A stretch of DNA of 64,000 nt from Malacoraja senta (Eukaryota), in contig CM075989.1 of NCBI GenBank assembly GCA_038087875.1, positions 21,702,001 to 21,766,000 on the forward strand, written 5' to 3'. The position numbers were made by a program, and so were the translations under genes. Within the stretch, counting starts at the first letter, position 1; each line of letters begins with the position of its first letter. Below the pieces are notes generated by a model. The model saw only the letters and a list, made by a program, of their open reading frames with translations, was not told where the DNA came from and ran no database searches. Below are positions 12,571-25,613 of the stretch, one piece after another.

Positions 12571-13368
12571 TCACAAGAAGAACGTACAAACTCCCGCACA
12601 GGCAGCACCCATAGTCAGGATCTGCGACGCTGTGAGGCAGCAACTGCACCCCCTGCGCCCCCTGTTAACTTGGAACAAAGCAGAATTCAGAAAGATCGTG
12701 AGTGCGGAAGGCAAAGCTCGCGGATCAGAAAAGCGCAACGTGGTCGGAGCGCAAGACATATTCCTGTGAGATATACAACAGAAAAATGAGCTGGCAGTTA
12801 GATCACAATTTAATCAATGGCTTATATATCACTATTTCCTGAAGCATTATTAGAACAATGCTAAAAATATTATTGAACAAGTGAAAATCTACTGGCATCT
12901 CTGTAATGCCCAATGGATGAGATGACTGGAAATATCGATCTGTCTCTGGCACTGATTTTTTTTAATTCTCTATGTGGCGGTGGAAACAGAGTGATACTCG
13001 ACGGATTTCACTGCTATTAAATGATCCAGAAATGTCCATTTGCAATATGCTGAAAATTAAATACGTACTGTCACATAAATCTCACATCAGTTTCACCAGG
13101 CTTTTTGATTCTTTCCACTGACATCTGTTAGAATACTTTTGCTTAAGTGGGCAATTGCTGACAGTGCTGGGTTTACTCAATCCAATGAGCAAAGGATATG
13201 ATTTTAAATTTACTGTTAGTTCCTTAACATCATAATGCTGACAGCACTTCAGAAAAATGTGGGACATTCAGACGATTTAAACAATACCATGTGAATGGGC
13301 ATATAATTAAGCTTATAAGTTCCACAATGCAGTTTAATTCAATGCCTCGAAAAATTGTCTTTCAAACT

Positions 13369-13672
13369 GGCAGCAGGGTGGCGCAGCAGTTGAGTTGCTG
13401 TCTGACAGCACTTACAGCACCAGAGATCCAGATTCGATCCTGACTACGGGTGCTGTCTGTACGGAGTTTGTACCTTCTCCCCGTGACCTGCGTGGGTTTT
13501 CTCCGAGATCTTCGGTTTCCTTCCACACTCCAAAGACGTACAGGTTTGTAGGTTAATTGGCCTGGTATAAATTGTCCCTAGTGTGTGCAGGATGGTGTTA
13601 ATGTGTGGGGATCGACACAGACCCGGTGGGCCGAAGGGCCTGTTTCCATGCTGTATTTCCAAACTAAACTCC
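13369..13672 (+). mobile_element. HE1/V-SINE-type SINE
   Basis: Head, V-domain, tail. Confidence 0.9.
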
Positions 13673-13849
13673 AATCCCAAAATTTGGATCCCTACAAGCT
13701 TAATCCCTGTGGATGCTCATCAGAGTTCAAAGTTTAATTTATGAAAAATCAAAAGATAAGCATAAAAGGAAAAAATACCCCAAAAAATATATAATGATGG
13801 TGATACTTATTTTATCTGCTAGAAATAAAGACCTTCATATACAGAAAAG

Positions 13850-14425
13850 AAGATAGACACAAAAACGCTGGAGTAACTCAGCGGGACAGGCAGCATCTCT
13901 GGAGAGAAGGAACGGGTGACGTTTCGGGTCGAGACCCTTCTTCAGACTGAGAGTCAGAGGAGAGGGGAACTAGACATATGGAAGGGTACAAAGAGCATGT
14001 AAGGTGTGAAAAGGACAGATCAAAGCAGATGATGGTCAAGGAAATGTAGAAGGGTCTCGACACGAAACGTCGCCTATTCCTTCTCTCCAGAGATGCTGCC
14101 TGTCCCGCTGAGTTACTCCAGCATTTTGTGTCTACCTTCGATTTAAACCAGCATCTGCAGTTCTTTCCTACACATAGAATGGTTAATTGTTAGCTGAGGG
14201 GAAAGTGACAATGAGGCATACAAACTGTACAATTAATCAGGAGGACGGTGAAATAATAGAAGACCTAAGGTGATTGAGGGACAGAGAGAGAGGTTACTTG
14301 AAGTTAGAGAAATCAATTTTCAGAACGCTGGGTTGTAAACTGCTCAAGCAGAATATGAGATACCCCGTTCCTTCTCTCCAGAGATGCTGCCTGGGTTACT
14401 CCAGCAGTTTGTGTCTATCTTCAAC
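13850..14425. mobile_element. Penelope-like cluster: minus-strand 3' end with nested plus-strand repeat copies
   Basis: Intact GUC hammerhead core on minus at 13918-13945; endonuclease tail remnant at ~14290-14360; plus copies at ~14049-14173 and ~14362-14425. Confidence 0.8.
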
Positions 14426-15012
14426 GTAAACCTCCCCTATGATCGCGTGGGTTTTCTCTGGATCTTCAGGTGTCCTCCCACACTCCAAAGACGCACATTT
14501 TTGTAGACCAATTGGCTTTGGTAAAATTGTAAATTGTCTCTAGTGCGTAGAATGGAGCTAGTGTGCGGGGATCGCTGGTCGGCGTGGACTCGGTGGGTTG
14601 AAGAGTCTGTTTCCGCGCTGTATCTCTAAACTAAACTAAACTGAGAATGTGAAACTCGAAATAAAGTTACTTTGGAGTTCAGTCACCTGTAGGAATCTGG
14701 TAACCGGTTTGTACATGTCCTCATCAGTGATGTCATTGAGTCTCAATTATCTTTTCATTGATGCTGGCTGAAGGGTAAGTATCATTAAGAAGATCAGGAA
14801 ATACTCCTCCATTCTTTCTTCAAACAGTACTGGTTTGATCTATTGACGTCTTGGTGCCATGCTGTATCTTTCAATCAATGAATCAATTAATCCCAGCTTG
14901 GTTCTTTGACTCTGCAGTTACTCCAGGGGCAATTTAAAGTCAGTGTTTAACCTACCAGCCAGCATGGTATTGGCATGCATAACGTGCCACAGTTTAGCCA
15001 TTTATAAAATGT

Positions 15013-15330
15013 GGCCTAGTGGCGCAGGGGTAGAGTTGCTGCCTTACAGCCAATGCAGCGCCGGGGACCCGGGTTCAATCCCGACTACGGGTGCTGTCTG
15101 TGCGGAGTTTGTACGTTCTCCCCGTGACCTGCATGGGTTTTCCCCGAGATCTTTGGTTTCCTACCACACTCCAAAGACGTGCAGGTTTGTAGGTTAATTG
15201 GCTTGGTGTACGTGTAAATTGTCCCGTGTGTGTATAGGTTAGTGTTAATGTGCGGGGATTGCTGGTCGGTGCAGACCCGGTGGGCTGAAGGGCCTATTTT
15301 TGTGCTGTATCTCTAAACTACAGTAAACTA
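15013..15330 (+). mobile_element. HE1/V-SINE-type SINE
   Basis: Head, V-domain, tail. Confidence 0.9.
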
Positions 15331-15552
15331 AGCAATATAGAACAGGAAAAGGCCCTTCGGCCCACAATGTCTCTGCTGAACATGACGCCAAGTTAAACTA
15401 ATCTGCCTGCACATGATCCATATCCCCCCATATCAATGTGCCTATCTAAAAGTCTCTCAAAAGCAGTTATCGTATCTGCCTCCACCACCACCCCTGGCAG
15501 CGTATTCCAGGCCTGCAGTATTGTCTGTGTTAAAAAAACAGTCGTTGAACAT

Positions 15553-15845
15553 TGTCACAAAAAGCTGGAGTAACTCAGCAGGACAGGCAGCATCTCTGGA
15601 GAGAAGGAATGGGTGACGTAGGGTCTCGACCCAAAACATCACCCATTGCTTCTCTCCAGAGATGCTGCCTGTCCCGCTGAGTTACTCCAGCTTCTTGTGT
15701 CCACCTTCAGTTTAAACCTTCTTCTGAAGAAGAAGGGTCTCCAGCCGAAACGTCACCCATTCCTTCTCTCCAGAGATGCTGAGTTACTCCAGCATTTTGT
15801 GTTTATCTTCGTGCTTAAACCAGCATCTGCAGTTCCTTCCTTCAC
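15553..15845. mobile_element. Penelope-derived fold-back plus tandem copy
   Basis: Inverted arms GCTGGAGTAACTCAGC...GCTGAGTTACTCCAGC; further CTGAAGA...GAAACGTC copy at ~15724-15845. Confidence 0.75.
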
Positions 15846-16577
15846 ATTGAACGTTGTCATTCCCTCACACTCACGCGGCGCAAATGTTCCCAGTCATTTG
15901 CTTCGTTTGCTGACGAGTTGCAGATGGGATTGATGGCTGTGCAACCCTCAGTGAGCAAGCTCACTTCTGACTTTATGATGGATTGAAATCCATTAGCGAG
16001 CAGCTGAAGATGGTTGGGTCCCAAGCGCCGCTGCGAAGCTCCAGCAGTGATGCCTTGGGCTGGAATGATTGACCTCCAACAACCGGAACCTTTATGCCTC
16101 GTATGCATTCTGCACAGGAGACGTTTCCCCTCGAATCCCATTGAGTACATTTCTGCCAGGGTTCCTAGATGGCACATATGGCCACAGCAGAGATAGACAC
16201 AAAATGCTGCAGTAACTCAGCGGGACAGGCAGCATCTTTGGAGAGAAGGAATGGGTGACGTTTCAGGCCCAGACCCTTCTTCTGGAGAAAGAAAAGTCTG
16301 CATTTTGACATCTTGTACAACCCCAGAATGTCTCGTGGCAATAAGCCACCAGTGAAATATTTACTTTAGAAGAATAGTTACTGGCACAATGCACTAAACA
16401 ACAGCAACATCGTTTTCCCAAACAAGCTGGCCCAGGTAAAACACAGAGTGTTGGAGGAACTCAGTGGGTCAGGCAGCATTTGTGGAGGGAATGGTTACTG
16501 GTTGGTGATGTTTCGGGATGAGACCTTTCTTCACTCAAGATTTCAATATTTGCTGTACCTTGTGTCTCCAATCTATT

Positions 16578-16905
16578 TTGGACGTGGAGAGGATGTTTCC
16601 GCTCGTGGGAGAGTCTAGGAGCAGAGGCCACAGCCTCAGAATAAAAGGACGTACATTTAGAACGGAGATGAGGAGGAATCTCTTGAGCCAGAGGGTGGTG
16701 AATCTGTGGAATTCATTGCCACAGACGGCTGTGGAGGCCAAGTCATTGGATATTTTTTAGGCAGAGATAGATAGATTCTTGATTAGTGCGGGTGTCAGGG
16801 GTTATGGGGAGAAGGCAGGTGAATGGGGTTGAGAGGGAAAGATAGATCAGCCATGATTGAATGGCGGAGTGGACATGATGGTCCGAATTGCCTAATTCTG
16901 CTGCT
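16578..16905 (+). mobile_element. CR1 LINE 3' fragment
   Basis: DVERMFPLVGESRSRGHSLRIKG...QRVVNLWNSLPQ. Confidence 0.9.
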
Positions 16906-17598
16906 ATAACAGAGACCCAGCTTCGATCATGACTACGGATGCTATCTGCACATTCTCCCTGTGACCGCGTGGGTTTTCTCCGGGTGCTCCGGTTTCCTCC
17001 CACACTCCGAAGACGTGCAGGATTGCTGCTTCATAGCCCTCGGTACAAATTGTGAAGTTGTCCCTTGTGTGTGCAGGGTTAGCGTACAGGGTGTTCGCTG
17101 GTTGGCGTGGATTCGGTTTGCCAAAGAGCCTGTTTCTGTGCTGTGCGTCTAAAGTCTAAAGTCCAATTGTGAACAACTATTTTTTTTACTCATCCATGCA
17201 GCTGCTAATAACATCACTCATAATAACTAATAACAAACAAGGGTATATTCTGCTCGTAACACACCATTAAAATCACTTGTGTCCTCTCCATGTTGATATT
17301 ATTTACTACGGTGCTAAAGCAACATACTGTCGTCTTTAGAATTACAACCTGCTGGTGCCCTAAAGTGCCTTAGGTTCTGATCACAAATGCAAGATCAGAA
17401 TGAAGCCATTTTACTTCAAATCATTATGTCCCATGTGTTATTTTATTGAAGGTGAAAACAAGACATCAAAGGGGACGAGGCTCAAGGAAGATGTAGAATA
17501 GATCATTGTTAACTAGGAGAAGGTGACAACGAGGCATACAGAGGTAATATTTAATCAGGTCGTTCGGTGAACAAGGAAGGGGAGGGATGGAGAGAGAA

Positions 17599-17912
17599 GC
17601 ACGGTGGCGCAGCAGTAGAGTTACTGCCTTCCAGCACTTACAGCGCCGGAGACCCGGGTTCGATCCCGACTACGGGTGCTCGTCTGTACGGAGTTTGTAC
17701 GTTCTCCCTGTGACCGCGTGGATTTTCTCCGAGATCATCGTTTTCCACCCACACTCCAAAGACGTAGAGGTTTGCAGGTTTGTAGGTTAATTGGCTTGGC
17801 ATAAATGTAAATTGTCCCTAGCGTGTTGGATAGTGCTAGTGTGTGGGGATCGCTTGTCGGTGCGGACTGGGTGGACCTGTTTGGGCGCTGTATCTCTAGA
17901 AACTAAAACTAA
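17599..17912 (+). mobile_element. HE1/V-SINE-type SINE inserted in a minus-strand Penelope fragment
   Basis: Flanks (~17450-17598 and 17918-17950, ...AGGGTTACTTGAAGTT) match the Penelope 3' region at 14176-14360. Confidence 0.8.
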
Positions 17913-18469
17913 AAAAAAGAGGCAAAAGCAAGGGTTACTTGAAGTTGGAGGAGTCCCATTCCCGACCATTCCCGACCGTCCTTGAGAAAGGAGAAGTGGA
18001 AACTCTGGGACCACTGCTGGCCATATGGTGGAGGCGCTCCCTTAATGCTGTTTGATCGGAAATTATAGATTTGCCTTTAAAGAAAAGACTTCCTTTTATG
18101 TAGAACCTGTCTGCTGCAGAATCACCCAGAGCCACGGATTCAGAGGTGATGAATGATTTCTGGCCAAATCAGGGTGTTGTGTCTAACATGGGTGGAGCTG
18201 ACGATATAATTTATACCTCGACTGGACTCAGTATCTGTTCCCAACACAGAGGCAAAGCAAAGGGTGATATTTAACAGTTCACTTCAGGGTTAGGTTGGAT
18301 CTCGACACGTGATTTATATTCAACAAGGGTGTTTTTGACTTTGGACTGCAGAGAATAATGAGTGCTATTACATCAGCTGCCCATTATACATCTGTTGCCT
18401 TTCACTAATGCTCAAAGTGGAATGTCCCCCAGACTAATATAGTCATCTTCAACTTTAGTTTAAGAATCG

Positions 18470-18765
18470 AGCGGCACGGTGGCGCAGCGGTAAAGTTGCT
18501 GCCTTACAGCGCCAGAGACCGGTGTTCGATCCTGACTACGGGTGCTGTCTATACGGAGTTTGTACGTTCTCCCCGTAGGTTTTCTCCGAGATCTTCGGTT
18601 TCCTCCCACACTCCAAAGACGTACAGGTTTGTAGGTTAATTGGCTTCGGTGTATATAAATTCAAAATTGTCACCAGTGTGTTCATGTGCGGGGATCGATA
18701 GTCGGTGTGGACTCAATGGGCCAAAGGGCCTGAGTCCGCGCTGTATCTCTAAACTAAAATTAAAC
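18470..18765 (+). mobile_element. HE1/V-SINE-type SINE
   Basis: Head, V-domain, tail. Confidence 0.9.
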
Positions 18766-19944
18766 CGAACACAAGAAACAGAACCTGTAGGAGGCCATTT
18801 GGCCCAAATGCTTGCTCTGCCTTTCACCAAAATGATGGCTGATCTTTTATCCCAGTGACACTTTTCTGCACTAAATCCGTACTCTTTAATGTCCTTAATA
18901 TTTGAACAATCATTTGATCTTTAACTTGAATATTCTCAGCGAGTGAATCTTCACAAATCCGTTTTGTAAATTGTCACCAGTGTGTGTCGGGTAGTGTTCC
19001 TGTGCGGGGATCGCTGGTCGGTGCGGATTCGATGGGCCGAAGGGCCTGTTTCCGCGCTGTCTCTCTAAACTAAAATACCCTGTGCTCACAATTTAATTTG
19101 ACCTGACCAGGAAGTGTATAGTTATGAACAGTTTATCATGTCAGTGAGTTATTCAAGTTCCGTGACCCATTTTTGCCAACAAAGAAGATATCAAAATCCG
19201 CAATTCAATGGCATCATTCAGAAGCTGAAACAAGGTTAATTCCAGGTGTAGAAGCACTCACTGACTGACAAGTTGAGACAGGGAAGTTGGCAGCAATTGA
19301 ATGTCAAACCTGAAAGAGGTTGAGAATCATAAAAATACTGAATTGTTATGACAAAGAAGGAAACCATATGGCCCATTGATGCGATGCAGTCTCCCAACAG
19401 TGCAGTTCGATCCGTCCTAATCTCATCCTGTTTCCTCATTGCCCTGCAATTATTCTCTCTCAAGCGCCTATCCAATTCCTTTTTGAAAATATGTAGCGGG
19501 GGAACAGCCGATTCTGGTTTACACCAAAGATAGGCACAAAATGCTGGTGTAACTCAGTGGGTCAGGCAGCATCTCTGGAGAGAAGGAATATCACAGGTTA
19601 ATTTGTAGGTTAATTGGCTTGTCATACATGTAAATTGTCCCTAGCGTGTAGGATAGTCCTAGTGTGTGGGGATCGCTTGTCGGTGCGGACTGGGTGGACC
19701 TCTTTCCGCGCTGTATCTCTAGAAACTAAAACTAAAAAAAAAAGAGGGAAAGCAAGGGTTACTTGAAGTTGGAGGAGTCCCATTCCTGACCGCTGCGCCA
19801 CCATGCCCCTCGATTAGTACGGGTGTCAGGGGTTATGGGGAGAAGGCAGGGATTAGGAGGGAGAGATAGATCAGCCATGATTGAATGACGGGCTGAAAGG
19901 GCTGAATTTGTGCCCGTCAATGAGTGGCTGGCACATTCTTACAT

Positions 19945-20215
19945 CTATGTTTGAAGGCCAGGGTTCTCTATCCCACTCCTGGGTCTCACACACATAATCC
20001 ACACCCTAGTGCTTGAGGGACTCCTGGACGATAACATTCATTGATGTTCAAATAACACATTAAACGGAGGCACCATCTGTTCTCTCAGATGGATTTAAAA
20101 GAGTCTATGACACTCTCTCAAAATAAAGCGCTCCCAGAATCATTGCCAAGATTTGTCCTTCAATCAACATGGTTAAAATTAGAGATGGTTTTCCCTTATC
20201 ATTTTGGGGAATTCA
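19945..20215 (+). mobile_element. Old Deu-domain SINE (SacSINE1/AmnSINE1-like)
   Basis: TTAAACGGAGGCACCATCTGTTCTCTCAGATGGATTTAAAAGAGTCTATGACACT...GCCAAGATTTGTCCTTCAATCAACAT resembles the recalled Deu-domain consensus; highly diverged. Confidence 0.6.
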
Positions 20216-20332
20216 GTGCTGTCCAATATGGCAACCACGTCTAGAGTCAGGCACAGAGTCATACAGCGTGAAAACAGGCCCTTTGGCCCAACTTGCCCAG
20301 TTGTCAGGGGTTATGGGGAGAAGGCAGGAGAA

Positions 20333-21468
20333 GGCAAGAATCCTTTCTATTACAAGGATAGTATGGTACAACACAAATTTGGAGTTAAATCTAACTACGG
20401 GTTGGGTGATGGGTGGGGAGGGATGCGAGGCCCTTTTCTCTTTCTTTCTTTTTTGTCATTTTATTTCTCTATTCCTTTTTTATTTCTGTTATTCACTCAC
20501 TCTTTGGCTACACCAATTTGGTAGCCTAGGGGTTCTATCCTTGCACATTCCACTTTCTCTCTCTCTTGCTTTTTCTCCTTTCTTTTCTCTTACCTATAGC
20601 TAAAAGTCAAAATTGAAGCTGTACAATAACTGTATTATGTCATATAACTGTTTTTAACTGTGTATATGTGGGGGGCGGGGTAGGGGGAAACTTTAAAAAT
20701 CTCTTCCCTGCACGGGAGACCCGACCTTTTCCCTGTCGGGTCTCCGTTGTCGTTGGGGCCTAGCTCCGTGGAGCGGCCTCCGACCGGGACGACCTGGGGG
20801 CTCCAGTCGCGGAGCCTGCGGAGCTGCGGACTTACCATCGTGGGGCTGGCCGTCCTTGGAGCGTGGGGAGCGGTGGTGGCTCGCTGCTGCGGCCCGACTC
20901 CGGAGCTCCAGCTGCAGACCTGTGGACTATGATATCGGGAGCTCGCGGGTCCAGGTGAGAGAGCGCTTTCCGGAGCCCCCGCAGCTCAACTTCTCCCGCC
21001 CGTGACGCGGGGTTGGAACGACCCGGAGCGGGGCTGTAAATCGCCCGGCGCGGCTTTAATGGCCGCGGGACATTCCAGCGCCCGCCGGGGGCTCCAACTT
21101 TGTGACTTTTGGGCCCGGAGCGAGGCCGTACACCGCCCGGCGCGGCCTCAACGGCCGTGGGACTTAACGTTGCCCGCCTGGGGCTTCAACATCGGGAGAA
21201 AAATGGTGCAGGGGAGAGAAATGATTTTGCCTTCCATCACAGTGAGGAGGAGATTCACTGTGATGGATGTTTTTCTGTAAATTGAATTGTTTGTTTGTCG
21301 TGTAGGAATTGTTTTGTTTGTATGGCTGTGGAAACGGAGTTTTGTTTGAGCCTTTGAGGTTCAAATGACAAGAAATAAAATCAAATCTAATCTAATCTAA
21401 TCTAATATGCCGTTGGTTATATTTTTGTACACTTGCTTCTAATAAATAAAAATAAAAAAAATAAAAAT
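20333..21468 (+). mobile_element. L1-like 3' UTR insertion with A-rich tail and 15-bp TSD, containing a nested GC-rich element
   Basis: GAGAAGGCAGGAGAA (20318-20332) vs GAGGAGGCAGGAGAA (21469-21483) within a CR1 3' end; G-tract/T-rich UTR; AATAAA-rich tail. Confidence 0.7.
20645..21405 (+). mobile_element. GC/CpG-rich unclassified retroposon with Rex1-like tail
   Basis: Abrupt CpG-rich block; ends CAAATGACAAGAAATAAA then (TCTAA)n; no recognisable ORF. Confidence 0.55.
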
Positions 21469-22019
21469 GAGGAGGCAGGAGAATGTGTTTCGGAGGGAGA
21501 GATAGATCAGCCATGATTGAATGGCGGAGTAGACTTGACAGGGCAGATGGCCTAATTCTGCTCCGATCACTTATGAACATGAACTTATGCCCACATCGAC
21601 CAACATGTATCATCTACACTAGTCCCACCTGCCTGCATCAGCCATGATCAGCCATGATCACATTGAATGGCGGTGCTGGCTCGAAGGGGCGAATAATTTT
21701 AGTTTGGAGATACTTCATGGAATCAGGCACTTCGGCCCACCAAGTCCACACCGACCAGCGATCGAACCGGAATTTCTGGCGCTGTAAGCTGCAACTCTAC
21801 CGCTGCACTACCGTACCACCAAATGTTCTTATATAGGTATAGAGCTGTACAACATGGAAACAGGCCCTTCAGCCAACTTTATCCATGCTGACCAACTTGG
21901 CATATTGAGCTAAAACCCAAGTCCTGCATTTAGCTGTAGCCCTCTAAACCCCTCCTATCCATATATCAATCCAAATATCATTTAAGCATCATAATTGTAT
22001 CCACTTCATATTCATATAA

Positions 22020-22425
22020 TCAGATAGGAGCAGAATTAGGCCATTCGGCCCCGTCAAGTCTATTCCGTCATTCAATCATGGTGGATCTATCTCTCCCTCC
22101 TAACCCCATTCTCCTGCCTTCTCCCCATAACCCTGACACCCCTACTAATCAAGAATCTATCTATCTCTGCCTTAAAAATAGTCATTGACTTGGCCTCCAC
22201 AGCCTTCTGTGGCAACACAGATTCACCACCCTCTGACTGAAGACATTCCTCCTCATCTCCTTCCTAAAGGAATGTCCTTTAATTTTGAGGCTATGACCTC
22301 TAGTCCTAGACTCTCCCACCAGTGGAAACATCCTCTCCACATCAACTCTCTCCAGGCCTTTCACTTTTTGGTGAGTTTCAATCCCTCATCCTTCTAAACT
22401 TCAGCGAGTAAAGGCCCAGTGCCAA
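22020..22425 (-). mobile_element. CR1 LINE 3' fragment
   Basis: KGLERVDVERMFPLVGESRTRGHSLKIKG...SQRVVNL. Confidence 0.9.
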
Positions 22426-23117
22426 CTGCAGAAAAGGACAGAATACTCATCTGTCTAAAACCATCAAAACAAAATTACATATGAGTAAGTAAAATATTGC
22501 ATTCCAACATGATTAAATCTATTTCTTTTTTGTGCCAGAGAGTTGGTCTCATTCAACATTCCATCCATCTGAAGCAATGCTTTTAACGTGCCACATTTGA
22601 CAACTTTGAAATAGATTTTTTTTAAACACCACTGGGATTTTCAAATTGTCCTGTGAAATTCTATTGAGCCCATAGAGATGGATTTAATAAGACCTCATGA
22701 CATTATTTTGAGAATATCACAGGCATTTATTTCTCTGTATTCCCCACCCTGTCGTGCCCACAGTTTCTGGGCCTGCTGGGCTTCATTGCATCCCAACCAT
22801 TGAAAGCCTTGTTTATACAATGCTCACTTTCACAATTATATCTCAACGGCTCCCTATCTTGCCACAGAGCAGCCGTATAAACCTTTGAGTATCTTACGTT
22901 CACCTCCAATTTTGACCACTTTTGCATTCGTGACTCCCTTTTCCTTCATTATTGACCTTCATTGGTTCAAGCTTTCAGCTCGAGATTCCATCCCTAAAGC
23001 CCTTAAGCTCACGACCTCTCTTCCTTTAAGGTAATGCCATTGTTATTATACCAAGCAGTTGGTCAATTCTTCTTATCCCACGTTCCTCAGGTTAGTTTAG
23101 TTTAGTTTAGTTCCGTT

Positions 23118-23658
23118 CAGGGGTTCCCAACCTTTTTCATCCCGTTTACCCCTGGAAACTTTAATAGCACCATAAAAGCCCTGTCCCACGGTACGAGTTC
23201 ATTCCAAGAGCTCTCCCGAGTTTGCCCTGATTCAAACTCGGAGATTTACGGTAATGGCTGCTCGTCGGTACTCGGGCTCTCGTGGACATTTTTCAACATG
23301 TTGAAAAATCTTCACGAGTCTTCCCGTGCTTACCTGCCGTTAGCGAGTCTTCTCGAGTACCGGCCGTTAGCGTTACGAGCCGCTAAGAGACGTCCCCGAG
23401 CTCCGACGTACCCACTACATTCATTCTCCGTGCTTACCACGAGTTTGATATTTTTTAAACTCGGGAGAGCTCTTGGAATGAACTCGTACCGTGGGACAGG
23501 GCTTTAACAATGTTATTTCACTTATTTATGAACAACTAATGATGACCAGATACCAGAACCAAACACAGTCAGTCAATGAGAACAAATATGTACAAATCCA
23601 CAATCAACAAATTTACCCCATGGATAGGTGAAATTTACCCCAGGTTGGGAACCCTTTG
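23118..23658. mobile_element. hAT-like MITE hosting a PIF/Harbinger MITE
   Basis: Ends CAGGGGTTCCCAACCT / AGGTTGGGAACCCTTTG; subterminal TTTACCCC repeats; no clear 8-bp TSD. Confidence 0.65.
23176..23504. mobile_element. PIF/Harbinger-type MITE with 48-bp perfect TIRs
   Basis: AAGCCCTGTCCCACGGTACGAGTTCATTCCAAGAGCTCTCCCGAGTTT and exact inverse; TAA TSD. Confidence 0.92.
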
Positions 23659-24029
23659 CTTGGTTTATTGCCACATGTAACCAGGTAACAGTTAAAAGCC
23701 ATTTGTTGACAAGATGGCTTGTGTGTTCATGTGTAGTCTTTCCGCTGACTGGTTAGCACGCAACGTAAGGCTGTTCACTGTTCCTCTGTACACGTGACAA
23801 TAAACTAAACTAAATTAAATTAAACCACATTCCTTGGCTTGATGCCAGTGGCTGGGAGATTACACCCATGTGGAACATCTTGGGCCATTTTATCTTGTGC
23901 TGGTCATTAATAAATCCAATGTACCTCGGTCCACGTGATAACAATCAGCTAAACTAAGGGACACATATTAGTATTATATGATGACCCACCTTTAGCCAGG
24001 TGGCTTGGTGCATAGGACAAAATATTAGA

Positions 24030-24530
24030 GTTATAGTCAAAAAAGCAATGGAAACAGGTCCTTCGGCCCAACTTGCCCATGCCGACCAAGATACTCCATC
24101 TACACTAGTCGCACCTGCCCGCGTTCAGCTCAGAACCCTCTAAACCTTTCCCATCCACGTACCTATCCAAATGTCTTTAAAATGTTCTCATAATACCTGC
24201 CTTAACTACCTCCTTTGGCAGCTCGTTCATTTTACCCACCAACCTCTTTGTGAAAAAGCTGTTCGCACGACCAGCGATACCCGCACGCTAATACTATTTC
24301 ACACACACTGGGGACAATAGTTTTACATTTTTCTACCAAGCCAATCAACCTACAAACCTGCACGTCTTTGGAGTGTGGGAGGAAACCGAAGATCGCGGAG
24401 AAAACCCACGCAGGTCACGGGGAGAACGTACAAACTCCGTACAGACAGAACCTGTATTCAGGATCGAACCCGGGTCTCTGGTGCTGTTAGGGAATGTAAG
24501 GCAGCAACTCTACCGCTGCGCCACTGTCCA
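24030..24530 (-). mobile_element. CR1 3' fragment abutting an HE1/V-SINE-type SINE
   Basis: CR1 UTR/ORF end ~24030-24260; SINE ~24265-24530. Confidence 0.8.
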
Positions 24531-25184
24531 CAGAGCCCTGCCTTGTTGCATCCACGTAGAGAGAAGATTCACCTTTCTGTGGATCCATCAGTTCCTAAAC
24601 TAACAAAGTTTAAAAATATGTGAAAAAATATATATTTCAGTTACAGGAAGTACAGCTTGTAAGACTCGGTAGTAAGCAGGGATCGTATACCCAACCCTGT
24701 TCTTATCTACACGTAGAGTGCTATAAAACACACACAAACACATACAAGTCATTGAAGGAAACACTCCAGCGATGATTAACCTGGTAACGAGATGCATAGA
24801 TGGTGAGATATAGAACAAATGAATGAAAGCTATGCCAAAAAGTTATCATGATAAAGCAAAATAGATTGTAACCTGTATGTTAGGTGATGATATGTTAACA
24901 GATGTGTTTTGTTGGCAGGGATTGCAAGCAGACAGAAATACATCTAAGGCACCATTAGATCAATTAGTTCAGTAGATGTTGGTGACAACTCTACCGTAAC
25001 AGAATCATGGATTTGTTTCCACTTTCCACCATTAATCTGCCGAGTTAAATATCCCATACAAGCAGAAAATCCTTACGATCGTGGCATCCACATAAAAGGT
25101 CTGTGTCGACATTCAAAGGAACATCTTTCATTAGAATTTCTTAAAAGGAGTAGCTGACTGGATTTAAATGGATCCAATGTTTAT

Positions 25185-25613
25185 GAAGGAACTGCAGATG
25201 CTGGATTACACCAAAAATATACACAAATGCTGGAGTACTTCAGCAGGTCAGGCAGCATCTCAGGGGTGCTGAACTCTATCATCCACCTCTTTGGTGACCC
25301 TCAGACTATCCTTGATTAGACTTTACTGGCTTTACCTTGCACTAAACGTTATTCCCTTATCATGTATCTACACACTGTAAATGGCTCGATTGTAATCATA
25401 TATTGTCCTTCTGCTGACTGGATAGCACGCAACAAAAGCTTTTCACTGTACCTCATTACACGTGACAATCAACTAAATGAAACTAAAAGGAATAGGTGAC
25501 ATTTCAGGCCGAGATATCTGAAGAAGGGTCTCGACCCAAACCGTCACCTATACCTTTTCTCCAGAGATGCTGCCTGACCCGTTAAGTTACTCTAACATTT
25601 TGGGTCAATCTTC
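25185..25613. mobile_element. Penelope fold-back interrupted by a plus-strand Rex1 3' end (~25265-25487)
   Basis: Inverted arms flank a block that is the reverse complement of ~29506-29720. Confidence 0.75.

Noticed and set aside
14700..14785. Exon ending in a GTAAGT donor
   Set aside because: Overlaps a probable Deu-SINE relic; no coding support.
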